A DNA stretch of 38,199 nt from the NCBI GenBank assembly GCA_041752095.1, contig JBGSHQ010000108.1, positions 1 to 38,199 on the forward strand. Direction: 5' to 3'. This stretch comes from Bdellovibrionia bacterium. GTDB taxonomy: Bacteria > Bdellovibrionota > UBA1018. The notes under the pieces were generated by a model. The model saw only the letters and a list, made by a program, of their open reading frames with translations, was not told where the DNA came from and made no database searches. The position numbers were made by a program, and so were the translations under genes. The number at the start of each line of letters is the position of its first letter. Within the stretch, counting starts at the first letter, position 1. Positions 1 through 8,531 of the stretch are shown here, piece after piece.

Positions 1-630
1 GAGAGCGTCCTTACGAGCTTCGAGTTCTTTTCTTATCTTTTCGCGGTCTTCCTTTATTCGAACTCTGAGGGAAACACCCGGGGGCTTAGCGAGCTCAAGC
101 GCGAGCTTTTTTGCGACCTTCTGGCCCCAGTCTTTTTTCCACTGCTCGACCATTTCAGGGGGAAAATCATCGACGGTTCCGTAAATTTGGCTCTCTGCAA
201 TAATTTCGGGCGAAACACTCGAGTCCAGAGCAAGGTTTCTAGCGACTTCGGGGTGGGCTTCGAGGGCCTTGAAAACCTGAGCGGCGGTGGGCCATTCGGA
301 AAGTTCTTCTGCGTTTAAATTCCAGGGTTCGCCCGCGAGTAATCCGATCCCAAGTTCAGCAGCAAGAGATGAAGGTATCCGGAGAAGGGCTTGGATACGG
401 GGTGCCCACTCGGTTTTCTTATTTTTAGGGAGATCCGCGAGTAAAGCATCAAGGTGTCTGCGGGATTCGACCCATTCGCGCCAGAACTTCCCAAACGGAT
501 CGTTAGTCTTTTGGCGGAGGATAAACTTTTCAGTTCTGATTCGGTCATCGCGGTCCCGTTCCGAACGGGCTCGCTTTATCTGAGTCTTTTTCTTTTGTGA
601 CCGAGTTCTTCTATTTGATGTGCTTGCCAT
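1..630 (-). CDS. Partial CDS running off the left edge (N-terminal 210 codons). Hypothetical; possibly the N-terminal region of an RsmB/Nop2/Sun-type RNA methyltransferase.
   Basis: Not in the ORF track because it has no stop inside the window. My hand translation from ATG at 630..628 is open to position 1 (MASTSNRRTRSQKKK...FGKFWREWVE...PPEMVEQWKKDWGQKVAKKLALELAKPPGVSLRVRIKEDREKIRKELEARKDAL). The PPxxSLRV-plus-linker pattern resembles the region preceding the methyltransferase core in Sun-family enzymes. The function is a guess. Confidence 0.45.
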   Translation of the reverse strand, partial: MASTSNRRTRSQKKKTQIKRARSERDRDDRIRTEKFILRQKTNDPFGKFWREWVESRRHLDALLADLPKNKKTEWAPRIQALLRIPSSLAAELGIGLLAGEPWNLNAEELSEWPTAAQVFKALEAHPEVARNLALDSSVSPEIIAESQIYGTVDDFPPEMVEQWKKDWGQKVAKKLALELAKPPGVSLRVRIKEDREKIRKELEARKDAL

Positions 631-669
631 GGTTGAAGTCCCGGAAGGTGAGATTTACACTTGAGAGAT

Positions 670-1815
670 ATGATTGACTTTACACTCTCTGACGACCAAA
701 AGCAGCTCCAAGAACTCGCCCGTAAATTTTCTAAGGAAGAAATTATTCCTAAGGCGGCCCACCACGACGAAAAGGGAGAATTCCCACGTGAGATTGCGGC
801 TAAGGCCTGGGAACTGGGGCTGATGAACACCCATATCCCAGCCGATTACGGTGGACTGGGGCTTGGGGTCATCGACGGATGCATTATAACTGAGGAACTC
901 GCATACGGCTGTACGGGGATTTGTACCGCCATGGAAGCGAATGTTCTGGCCGCGGCACCCGTTATGGTTGCTGGGAACGACGAACAAAAGAAGGAATTCT
1001 TAGGCCAGCTCACCTCGGCACCGAATTTTGCTGCTTACTGCGTGACGGAGCCAGGAGCTGGATCGGATGTTTCAGGGATTCGTACTACCGCTAAGAAAGA
1101 AGGCGGCGACTACGTTATTAATGGATCGAAGATGTGGATCACAAATGCTTCGGTCGCTTCATGGTACTTCGTACTCGCTTATACGGATCCTTCTTTAAAG
1201 CATAAGGGAATGAGTGGATTTCTTGTTCCGGCGAAGACCCCTGGAATCGTGGTCGGGAAAAAAGAATGGAACATGGGCCAACGTGCGAGTGATACGCGTG
1301 GGATTACGTTTGAAAACGTCCGTGTTCCTGAACGCTATCGCCTAGGCAAAGAGGGCGAAGGATTTAAGATTGCAATGGGAGCGTTCGATCACACGCGTCC
1401 CGCAGTCGCAGCGGGTGCAGTCGGACTTGCTCGTCGTGCAATGGATGAAGCGATCGCTTATTCTCAGTCACGTAAAGCATTCGGCCAACCTATCGCTGGA
1501 TTCCAAGCAGTGAGTTTTATGATTGCGGAGATGGGAATGAACATCGAGGCAGCGCGACTTCTCGTTTGGAAGTCAGCTGCTGTGATTGATTCAGGTCAGC
1601 GAAATACAAAATTCGCTGCAATGGCAAAAGCATTCGCAGCCGACATGGCGATGAAGGTGACAACCGATGCTGTGCAAGTTTTCGGTGGTTACGGTTACTC
1701 TGAAGAATACCCCGTCGAAAAACTCATGCGCGATGCGAAGATCTATCAGATCTATGAAGGGACTTCACAGATTCAGCGACTGATTCTGGCGAAAGAGATT
1801 TTCGAGCGAGCGTAA
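670..1815 (+). CDS. Acyl-CoA dehydrogenase (short/medium-chain type)
   Basis: ORF 661..1815. ATG at 670 gives the typical [13 protein letters not shown]-terminus. ACAD hallmarks are present: [19 protein letters not shown], and C-terminal [19 protein letters not shown]. Confidence 0.93.
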   Translation: MIDFTLSDDQKQLQELARKFSKEEIIPKAAHHDEKGEFPREIAAKAWELGLMNTHIPADYGGLGLGVIDGCIITEELAYGCTGICTAMEANVLAAAPVMVAGNDEQKKEFLGQLTSAPNFAAYCVTEPGAGSDVSGIRTTAKKEGGDYVINGSKMWITNASVASWYFVLAYTDPSLKHKGMSGFLVPAKTPGIVVGKKEWNMGQRASDTRGITFENVRVPERYRLGKEGEGFKIAMGAFDHTRPAVAAGAVGLARRAMDEAIAYSQSRKAFGQPIAGFQAVSFMIAEMGMNIEAARLLVWKSAAVIDSGQRNTKFAAMAKAFAADMAMKVTTDAVQVFGGYGYSEEYPVEKLMRDAKIYQIYEGTSQIQRLILAKEIFERA

Positions 1816-1857
1816 TCTTTAAGTATTTTTTCTAATCGCGTTTCATAAAATTAAATC

Positions 1858-1893
1858 ATGCGGAAAACCTTGCGGTTTTCCGCATTTTTATTT
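1858..1893 (+). terminator. Rho-independent terminator of the acyl-CoA dehydrogenase gene
   Basis: Perfect 12-bp stem ATGCGGAAAACC (1858-1869) / GGTTTTCCGCAT (1874-1885) with a 4-nt loop, followed by TTTTTATTTATT. Confidence 0.85.
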
Positions 1894-1954
1894 ATTCTAT
1901 ACAAACGTAGTAGAAATTTTCTTCTCTACGCACCTCTCCTGAAAGGAGGCGACC

Positions 1955-2044
1955 ATGAAGTTATATAAAATCACCTTAGGAATCTCTCTCGAAACGATTA
2001 CAGGAATTGATGTCATGGGAATCGCCTCCGATCCTCGTCGCTGA
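1955..2044 (+). CDS. Candidate 29-aa mini-ORF (MKLYKITLGISLETITGIDVMGIASDPRR)
   Basis: Below the ORF-track cutoff. ATG at 1955 lies 5 nt downstream of AGGAGG. That SD can pair with an upstream CTCCT (CTCCT-GAA-AGGAG hairpin). I recognise no homology. Confidence 0.2.
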   Translation: MKLYKITLGISLETITGIDVMGIASDPRR

Positions 2045-2239
2045 CGAAACCCCTCTCATTAATTTTTAAGTAGTCTGATTCATTCGGAATTTTTCCGGAT
2101 GCGACTTTATCTTACCCATTTCTCTCGAGGCTTCCGCGCCATCGCGAATCTTTGAGAAAAAACCGGGATGGGCTGTGCACACCGGCGTGCATTTTCCGTC
2201 CCGGTACCGTGATCCCATAAACCTAAATTAAGGAATGAT

Positions 2240-2518
2240 ATGAAAAATCTGAATGTAAATGTCCCGTTTGAAAATGAAGCTTCTCACTCCATCGAAAATG
2301 TACCCTACGCAAATAAGGTTCACTTTCTCCGATTCGAAAAAATAAAACCGAGCTCGTCACCACCCGGGGAGAAATCCCATCCGGACTGGTGGTGGCGAGT
2401 TGTTCTTGGATTTTTTGGGATCTTTTCTGTTCGAAACGGAATCGAGCTTGAACGCCACGTCGGTCCGAACAGCCGGCCAGAACGATTCGAAAGAAGGGAG
2501 CAGCAGAATCGCTTCTAA
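2240..2518 (+). CDS. Hypothetical 92-aa protein with one hydrophobic segment (DWWWRVVLGFFGIFSV)
   Basis: ORF-track entry. AAGGA lies 5 nt upstream of the ATG and a stem-loop follows at 2530-2563. The competing antisense ORF 2223..2531 is Arg-rich and less protein-like. Weak call. Confidence 0.35.
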   Translation: MKNLNVNVPFENEASHSIENVPYANKVHFLRFEKIKPSSSPPGEKSHPDWWWRVVLGFFGIFSVRNGIELERHVGPNSRPERFERREQQNRF

Positions 2519-2529
2519 TTCGTTCGGCC

Positions 2530-2563
2530 AAAGCCCCGATCCGGTTCGCCGGGTTGGGGCTTT
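2530..2563. terminator. Stem-loop between convergent genes (possible bidirectional terminator)
   Basis: AAAGCCCC (2530-2537) pairs with GGGGCTTT (2556-2563), with an inner CCGG-TTCG-CCGG hairpin. The T/A runs are short, so terminator strength is uncertain. Confidence 0.45.
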
Positions 2564-2566
2564 GGG

Positions 2567-3079
2567 TTATTCGCCGAGACCAATTATCCGTTTCTGTGGA
2601 ACCGAATGCTCTGAAACGAGTTCTCGAATGGCATCAAAAACCATTTGAAACTGTCCATCGTATTTTGATTCAAGCTCATTGATCCGTTTTTCGAGCGCTG
2701 AGTTCGAAATCAGGACCGCTTTCATTTGCACGAAAGTACGCATGATGGCGATATTCACTTCGATGGCTCTTCGGCTATTAAGGACTGAAGAAAGCATCGC
2801 AATACCTTGTTCAGTGAAAGCAAGAGGTGGCTTTCTACTTCCTCCCCACCCTAAACTTGAAGTCACAAACTGTGACTTCAAGTTTCTAACCTCTTGATTA
2901 GTTAGGGAAAACATAAAGTCCGGAGGGAAGCGATAATGATTCCTCCTGACCTGCTGATTTAACCCCTTTGTAGGCATCTGATAAAGCTCAGCTAGATCAA
3001 AATCGAGCATCACTTTTTGGCCACGGATTAAATAGATTTTCGAAGCAACATTCTCATCTTCATTTTTTCTTATTTTCAT
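2567..3079 (-). CDS. ORF6N (KilA-N-related) DNA-binding domain protein
   Basis: N-terminus IYLIRGQKVMLDFDLAELYQMPTKGLNQQVRRNHYRFPPDFMFSLTNQE matches the characteristic ORF6N pattern (IRG..VMLD.DLA.LY...TK.LN..V.RN..RFP.DFMF.LT). Confidence 0.85.
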   Translation of the reverse strand: MKIRKNEDENVASKIYLIRGQKVMLDFDLAELYQMPTKGLNQQVRRNHYRFPPDFMFSLTNQEVRNLKSQFVTSSLGWGGSRKPPLAFTEQGIAMLSSVLNSRRAIEVNIAIMRTFVQMKAVLISNSALEKRINELESKYDGQFQMVFDAIRELVSEHSVPQKRIIGLGE

Positions 3080-3099
3080 ATGAAGTCAGAAGGCAAACT

Positions 3100-3861
3100 T
3101 CATTCCAAAAAAAGTCCACAAACTCTTAATACAGCATCATTCACCACCAGAGGTGCTGGAATTAGAATCACCGCCCAGCAGAAAGCGAACCGATAAAACG
3201 ATCCCTGTTTTAATCTTCTCTCACCCAGTATCCCTAGCGCCTGGATTAAAAAATAGAGGGTCTGAGAACCAAATATATTCACGTCGAAAAAAAGATAGAG
3301 CGGTAAATTTAAAAGGAGTTCATGCCAGATTCCTGAACATAAAAACGCGAGGAATAAACCGAGTACAGGCTTCTTCCGGTAACGTGGCATCACCATTTCA
3401 CTTAACCAGTCAGAAACCCAAGTAGCCCAGCGACGGCCCCAAAATTCAGAAAGGGATTTCGAAAGATACGGATACTGAAAGTGACCCGGATAGTGCCATC
3501 CAGTAGCCAAAAATATAAACTCCAAAAAAATACTTATAAACTGCCACGAGAGATAGAATGGAATAACGGCAAGAAAGTTTAATTTAATTCCAGATAACTC
3601 AAACCTCTTCGCACAAAAAAGGGAGAGTCCCAATGCTAAAATAGACGCAATTCCGAATAATGTTCCTCGGAAAACCATCCTCTGAACACACTCCAGAGAA
3701 ATTTTTTCACGCTTCTTCCAAGATGAAACTGAAAAAACAGGTGAGAGAAAGAAGAAATTTATAAATCCGTCGGGCCTGCCTGACTTCACCCAACTCGCTG
3801 CTTTAGCGGTGAAGACTGTGAAAAACAGAATGCAGCCGATCCAGACTGAAAGTGGGGACAC
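3100..3861 (-). CDS. Membrane-bound O-acyltransferase (MBOAT_2 / wax-synthase-like) family protein
   Basis: Polytopic membrane protein with FWGRRWATWVSDWL and SGIWHE (conserved His) motifs. The GTG start at 3861 directly abuts the rsgA stop (TAG-GTG). Confidence 0.6.
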   Translation of the reverse strand: MSPLSVWIGCILFFTVFTAKAASWVKSGRPDGFINFFFLSPVFSVSSWKKREKISLECVQRMVFRGTLFGIASILALGLSLFCAKRFELSGIKLNFLAVIPFYLSWQFISIFLEFIFLATGWHYPGHFQYPYLSKSLSEFWGRRWATWVSDWLSEMVMPRYRKKPVLGLFLAFLCSGIWHELLLNLPLYLFFDVNIFGSQTLYFLIQALGILGERRLKQGSFYRFAFCWAVILIPAPLVVNDAVLRVCGLFLE

Positions 3862-4875
3862 CTACCCCTCACCCGCCAGTAACGACTCGATCATCCGGCG
3901 GTAACTTGCGTACCGGGGGAGATCATGCGCAAGACAGCCCTCTTCTTCTTGGTGAAGGCATCCTTCTTCCGCGCAGCCAAGACCCGCTAACTCAGGAAAA
4001 AAACTTTTTAGATTTTCGGGTTCGATATCGAGGAGTCCGAATGCGCGAATACCAGGCGTATCGATGAGCTTAGAACCGGGAATCAGATAGGCTCCGGTAG
4101 TTGTGTGTTGACCCTTACCTGTAGAAAGACTCACTTCGGCAGTACGTCCTACTTCTTCACCGCGAAGCACACTGAGCAGAGAAGTTTTCCCCACTCCCGA
4201 ATGACCACAGAAAGTCGCAAGTTTTCCTTCGAGAGCGGCTGAAAGTTCATCGACTCCCTCGCCATCCTTCGCACCCGTTTCGATCACGCGAAACCCGATA
4301 TCCAAATAAAGCGTCCACGGTTTTTCACCGCCTTCGAATAAATCCATCTTCGTCACACAGATGATCGTCTCGATCGACTGGGCCTGGGCCGCGACTAAGA
4401 ATCGATCGACTAATCCAGGAGTGAAAACAGGTTCACGGCAAGCAGCCACGATCACCAGCACATCGATATTCGCGACCAGCACGTGTCTTTGGGCACGCTC
4501 GGGGGCGGGACGAGCGAGTAAGTTTCGTCGCTCACAAACTCCGTCGATCACGCCGTCTTTCACGCCAACTTTTTCAAACTTCACGCGGTCCCCGACCGCA
4601 ACCGGTGCACGTTCACGAATTTCTGAATTAGGGAGACGCGCTTTTCGGTAGGTACACGCGAAGTCGCGGTTTACTCTATCCTCTAAAACCCCGTCGTCGA
4701 CCAGAACTCGACACTGATTTGGGAAAACTTCCGTTACGGTCGCGTTTGATTCAGCGATTGGAAAGTATCCGGCCTTCGGTTTTTTCTTTTTCTCTTTACG
4801 TCCCGAGCCGTGACTTCCCCGCTCTTTTTCAGAGTCGAGCCAGTCATCATCATCGCCACGGTACTTAGGAGCCAT
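3862..4875 (-). CDS. rsgA: Ribosome small-subunit-dependent GTPase A
   Basis: Circularly permuted GTPase motifs: TKMD, GHSGVGKTSLL, DTPGIR. C-terminal Cys/His cluster GCAEEGCLHQEEEGC. Lys-rich N-terminal extension. Confidence 0.9.
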   Translation of the reverse strand: MAPKYRGDDDDWLDSEKERGSHGSGRKEKKKKPKAGYFPIAESNATVTEVFPNQCRVLVDDGVLEDRVNRDFACTYRKARLPNSEIRERAPVAVGDRVKFEKVGVKDGVIDGVCERRNLLARPAPERAQRHVLVANIDVLVIVAACREPVFTPGLVDRFLVAAQAQSIETIICVTKMDLFEGGEKPWTLYLDIGFRVIETGAKDGEGVDELSAALEGKLATFCGHSGVGKTSLLSVLRGEEVGRTAEVSLSTGKGQHTTTGAYLIPGSKLIDTPGIRAFGLLDIEPENLKSFFPELAGLGCAEEGCLHQEEEGCLAHDLPRYASYRRMIESLLAGEG

Positions 4876-4904
4876 AGTCCTAATCTAACGCATAAAGTAA
4901 GGAC

Positions 4905-5402
4905 TTACCATCGGTGGTAAGCGGGATGGCCTTCCTTCACGGCTACGAAAGTACCCACACAGGTTGCAGTAATTTTTCCACCTGCCTCAAGCGTCGCCTC
5001 GATGACGGCCCGATCTTCCTTCGACTCACGCACTCTTGCGCGAAGGTAAACGGGTCCTTTCGAAGGGGTGGGGCGTTTTAGAGTCACATGGAAATCAGAA
5101 GTCACCGTACAAGGCGGAGTTGTGAGGCCCACCTTAAGCATCAGCGCGTAAGCAGCCGTCCAATTCGAGTGACAATCGAGTAGGGCGCCAATTATGCCGC
5201 CATTCAGCATACCGGGGAAAGCTTCGTGGAAATTCTCTGGGGTCCATACGGCTCGGACCTCAAGCGATCCGTCTTCGAGAGTCACTGGAATACTGTTAAT
5301 TCTGAGGCCTTTCGGATTCGCCGGACCGCATCCAAAACAGATACTCGCAGGTGAATACTTTTGCTGAAGTCCTTGTTCTTTCCCTAACTGAAACGGTTCC
5401 AT
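4905..5402 (-). CDS. Hotdog-fold (PaaI-type) thioesterase
   Basis: CFGCGPANPKGL N-terminal motif followed by GMLNGGIIGALLD, typical of PaaI/4HBT-family thioesterases. Confidence 0.8.
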   Translation of the reverse strand: MEPFQLGKEQGLQQKYSPASICFGCGPANPKGLRINSIPVTLEDGSLEVRAVWTPENFHEAFPGMLNGGIIGALLDCHSNWTAAYALMLKVGLTTPPCTVTSDFHVTLKRPTPSKGPVYLRARVRESKEDRAVIEATLEAGGKITATCVGTFVAVKEGHPAYHRW

Positions 5403-5431
5403 TCCTCACCTCACTCTTCTATATTTACTTA

Positions 5432-7861
5432 ATGGCTTATTCGCACAAGACAGTCGAGGCAAAGTGGCAAAAATTTTGGGATGAAACGCAGGTTTTTAAA
5501 TCGACTCTCGATCCAAATAAACCGAAATACTACGTCCTCGACATGTTTCCGTATCCCTCTGGCTCGGGTCTCCACGTCGGTCACCCCGAAGGCTACACTG
5601 CGACTGATATTCTCGCGCGCTATAAGCGGACAAAGGGTTTCAGCGTTCTTCACCCGATGGGATGGGATGCGTTTGGCCTCCCTGCAGAACAACATGCAAT
5701 TCAAACCGGGACTCATCCTGCGATTACAACGAAACAGGCGATTGAAAATTTTCGTCGACAGTTAAAGATGCTCGGGTTCTCCTACGACTGGACTCGAGAA
5801 ATTTCTACGGCAGAGCCAAGCTACTATAAGTGGACACAGTGGATTTTTAAGCGCCTCTACGAAAAGGGCCTCGCCTACCAAAAAGAAGTACCTGTGAACT
5901 GGTGCCCGGCTCTTAAGACGGTTCTCGCAAATGAAGAAGTCGTCGATGGAAAATCTGAGCGCGGCGGACATCCTGTCTTCCGCCAGCCGATGAAACAGTG
6001 GATGTTAAAAATCACTGACTACGCTGAACGTTTAATTAAAGATCTCGATGGACTCCAGTGGCCCGAGGGAACGAAAGAGCTTCAGCGGAACTGGATCGGG
6101 AAGAGTGAAGGACTACAAACACGGTTTAACGTGTTTGGGTCTGAGAAAAATATCGAAATTTTTACAACCCGGCCCGATACCCTTTATGGCGCGACATTTC
6201 TTGTATTAGCACCTGAACATCCGATCGTGAATGAAATCACTACGAGTGATCGAAAATCAGAAATGGATGAATACGTAATCACATCTGCACGAAAATCAGA
6301 AATTGCTCGCCAAGAGCAAACTAAAGTTAAAACAGGTGTTTTCACAGGTTCCTACGCCATTAATCCAGCAAACGAAGCTAAAATTCCGATCTGGGTCGCT
6401 GACTACGTGATGATGGGCTACGGAACGGGTGCGATCATGGCTGTTCCAGCACACGATGAACGGGATTATGAATTCGCAAAAACTTTTAGTCTACCAATCG
6501 TAGAAGTGGTCGTGCCTTTAGACGGTGTAAAAACCGACGGATGCTATTCCGGTGAAGGAAAATCAGTAAACTCAGGATCCCTTACTGGCCTTACGACTAG
6601 AGAGGCTAAAGCAAAAATAATTTCAGAGATTGAAAAAGAGGGTCGCGGTAAAAAAACCGTAAATTATAAACTCCGCGACTGGCTCTTCTCTCGCCAGCGC
6701 TACTGGGGCGAACCTTTTCCAATTATTCATCTCGATGACGGAACGAAAGCAGCACTTCCGGACGATATGCTCCCGGTTGCTCTACCCGATGTGAAATCTT
6801 ACGAACCGAGTGGAACGGGCGAGAGCCCGCTTGCCGGGGTTACGGAATGGCTTTACACGACGGATCCGAAGACTGGAAAAAAAGCACGTCGTGAAACCGA
6901 CACGATGCCGGGTTCCGCTGGATCGAGTTGGTACTTTCTTCGTTATGCGGATCCTAAAAATGATAAGGAGCCCTGGTCGAAGGAAGCTGAAAAATACTGG
7001 CTCCCAGTGGATCTTTATTTAGGTGGACCAGAGCATGCCGTAGGTCACCTGCTTTATGCTCGGTTTTGGACAAAGGTTTTATTCGATGCGGGACTCGTCA
7101 CTCATCACGAACCGTTTCAGCGGTTAGTTCACCAGGGAATGATCTTAGGTGAAGATGGCGAGAAGATGTCGAAGTCACGTGGAAATGTGATTAATCCTGA
7201 TGACGTCGTTAGCCAGTATGGCGCCGATACACTTCGTATTTACGAAATGTTCATGGGGCCTCTCGAGCAGGATAAACCGTGGAATACGACGGCAATTTCT
7301 GGAACGTATCGTTTCCTCATGCGTGCATGGCGAATTTTCGTCGATGAGGCAGCAGACGGGAGCGAATCGTTTATCGTGAAGGATGAACCGGCGAGCGATG
7401 AAGATCTTCGGATCACGCATAAGACGATCCAAAAGGTGACCGAAGATATCGAAAATTTACGGTTTAATACCGCGATCTCCCAGATGATGATTTTCGTGAA
7501 TCACTTCACGAAAGAACCCCGTAAACCACGTGCGTGTTTAAAACCGTTCGTACAGCTTCTTCACCCGTTCGCTCCGCATATTGCGGAAGAGTTATGGGAG
7601 AAGTTAGGAGAAAAATCTCTTCTTTCGTATGCGGAATGGCCAAAGTTTGATCCGGCTTATGTTCGCGAGGATTCAGTCACCATCGCGATTCAGGTTTTAG
7701 GGAAGACACGCGGAACGGTCGAAGTTCCAGCGGGGTCCGATCAGGCTACGGTCGAAAAAGCCGCTCGCGCGATCCCTCAGGTCGCTGCCCAGATGGAAGG
7801 GAAGACCGTGAAAAAGGTCATCTTCGTTCCGGGTAAGATTATGAATTTTGTGGTGGGATAA
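5432..7861 (+). CDS. leuS: Leucine--tRNA ligase
   Basis: ORF 5351..7861. ATG at 5432 gives the canonical MAYSHKTVEAKWQKFW start. HIGH-type motif PYPSGSGLHVGHPEGY and KMSKS motif are present. Confidence 0.97.
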   Translation: MAYSHKTVEAKWQKFWDETQVFKSTLDPNKPKYYVLDMFPYPSGSGLHVGHPEGYTATDILARYKRTKGFSVLHPMGWDAFGLPAEQHAIQTGTHPAITTKQAIENFRRQLKMLGFSYDWTREISTAEPSYYKWTQWIFKRLYEKGLAYQKEVPVNWCPALKTVLANEEVVDGKSERGGHPVFRQPMKQWMLKITDYAERLIKDLDGLQWPEGTKELQRNWIGKSEGLQTRFNVFGSEKNIEIFTTRPDTLYGATFLVLAPEHPIVNEITTSDRKSEMDEYVITSARKSEIARQEQTKVKTGVFTGSYAINPANEAKIPIWVADYVMMGYGTGAIMAVPAHDERDYEFAKTFSLPIVEVVVPLDGVKTDGCYSGEGKSVNSGSLTGLTTREAKAKIISEIEKEGRGKKTVNYKLRDWLFSRQRYWGEPFPIIHLDDGTKAALPDDMLPVALPDVKSYEPSGTGESPLAGVTEWLYTTDPKTGKKARRETDTMPGSAGSSWYFLRYADPKNDKEPWSKEAEKYWLPVDLYLGGPEHAVGHLLYARFWTKVLFDAGLVTHHEPFQRLVHQGMILGEDGEKMSKSRGNVINPDDVVSQYGADTLRIYEMFMGPLEQDKPWNTTAISGTYRFLMRAWRIFVDEAADGSESFIVKDEPASDEDLRITHKTIQKVTEDIENLRFNTAISQMMIFVNHFTKEPRKPRACLKPFVQLLHPFAPHIAEELWEKLGEKSLLSYAEWPKFDPAYVREDSVTIAIQVLGKTRGTVEVPAGSDQATVEKAARAIPQVAAQMEGKTVKKVIFVPGKIMNFVVG

Positions 7862-7862
7862 A

Positions 7863-7898
7863 CACACTCCGTAAGGAGTGTGGGATTCCTCGTTTTTT
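7863..7898 (+). terminator. Probable leuS terminator
   Basis: 8-bp stem CACACTCC (7863-7870) / GGAGTGTG (7875-7882) with a GTAA loop. The T6 run (7893-7898) starts 10 nt after the stem, so the geometry is imperfect. Confidence 0.5.
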
Positions 7899-7950
7899 AT
7901 CGCGTGTCAGCTTTTTTCGGACATTTTAGGGTATAAGTAAAATTCTTATT

Positions 7951-7990
7951 GAACTAAATCCTGAGTGATTTGATCAAAACACCTGTATCG
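7951..7990 (-). repeat. Copy A of a 3-copy intergenic element (core CGATACAGGTGTTTTGA, inverted orientation)
   Basis: The reverse complement of 7974-7990 is identical over 17 nt to 13019-13035 and 15173-15189. Flanking similarity continues (yyAAAT..TCAG..TTTAGT). It lies 62 nt downstream of the minus-strand GNAT gene. Confidence 0.85.
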
Positions 7991-8013
7991 CGCACTCAAT
8001 GTATCAAACAATC

Positions 8014-8033
8014 GACTTCGGCCAACCGAAGTG
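8014..8033 (-). terminator. Hairpin downstream of the GNAT gene
   Basis: ACTTCGG (8015-8021) / CCGAAGT (8026-8032) with loop CCAA. On the minus strand it is followed by CGATTGTTTGAT, a weak U-tract. Confidence 0.45.
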
Positions 8034-8051
8034 CCGAACTAAACTATTTTT

Positions 8052-8531
8052 CTACGGGGAAAGATCTGATCGCAGTAGTCCATAAACATACTCACTCGCA
8101 GGAATTCCATTCACAAGAAAATGTTCCCTGAGTAGTCCTTCGCGCTTATAGCCAACGCTTTCTAGAACTCGAATCGAATGGATATTGTTTTCATGTACGT
8201 ATGCGGAAATTTTTCGAACGCGTGTTTTTTCGAAAACTTCATGCGAAATCATTTTAACTGCTTTTTTCGCAATTCCCTTTGAGCGTCCTTCAGGCGCTAT
8301 TCCATATCCAATATCGAGGGTCAGCATTTTCTTATTCAAATTAAATAAGCTGATCCACCCGAGTTTGATTCCATCAACCTCTATAAACCACTGAAAAGAC
8401 TCAGCGGTTTCAAAACAGGAAAGATCAGAACTCGACTTCATCAGTCGTTCTCGAAGTTTTTCTATCTCTACCATTTCAAGGGGATTATACTTTTGGGTAA
8501 TCGGATCAGCTACTTTAAGAGCAAGATTCAT
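8052..8531 (-). CDS. GNAT-family N-acetyltransferase (RimJ/RimL-like)
   Basis: ORF 8052..8567. The C-terminal ENNIHSIRVLESVGYKREGLLREHFLVNG pattern is typical of the Acetyltransf_3/RimL group. ATG at 8531 forms an ATGA overlap with the upstream gene's stop, so I prefer that start. Confidence 0.85.
   Translation of the reverse strand: MNLALKVADPITQKYNPLEMVEIEKLRERLMKSSSDLSCFETAESFQWFIEVDGIKLGWISLFNLNKKMLTLDIGYGIAPEGRSKGIAKKAVKMISHEVFEKTRVRKISAYVHENNIHSIRVLESVGYKREGLLREHFLVNGIPASEYVYGLLRSDLSP

Noticed and set aside
2386-2400. The minus strand reads CTCGCCACCACCA, reminiscent of a tmRNA/tRNA 3' end, in a gene-poor region.
   Set aside because: There is no adjacent T-arm (GGTTCGA-type) and no complementary 5' acceptor strand (CTCGCC on the plus strand) nearby.
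5351-5431. ORF-track N-terminal extension of leuS (GTG 5351), which overlaps the thioesterase gene on the opposite strand.
   Set aside because: The extension (MNTFAEVLVLSLTETVPFLTSLFYIYL) is not LeuS-like. The canonical MAYSHKTVEAKWQKFW start is at ATG 5432.
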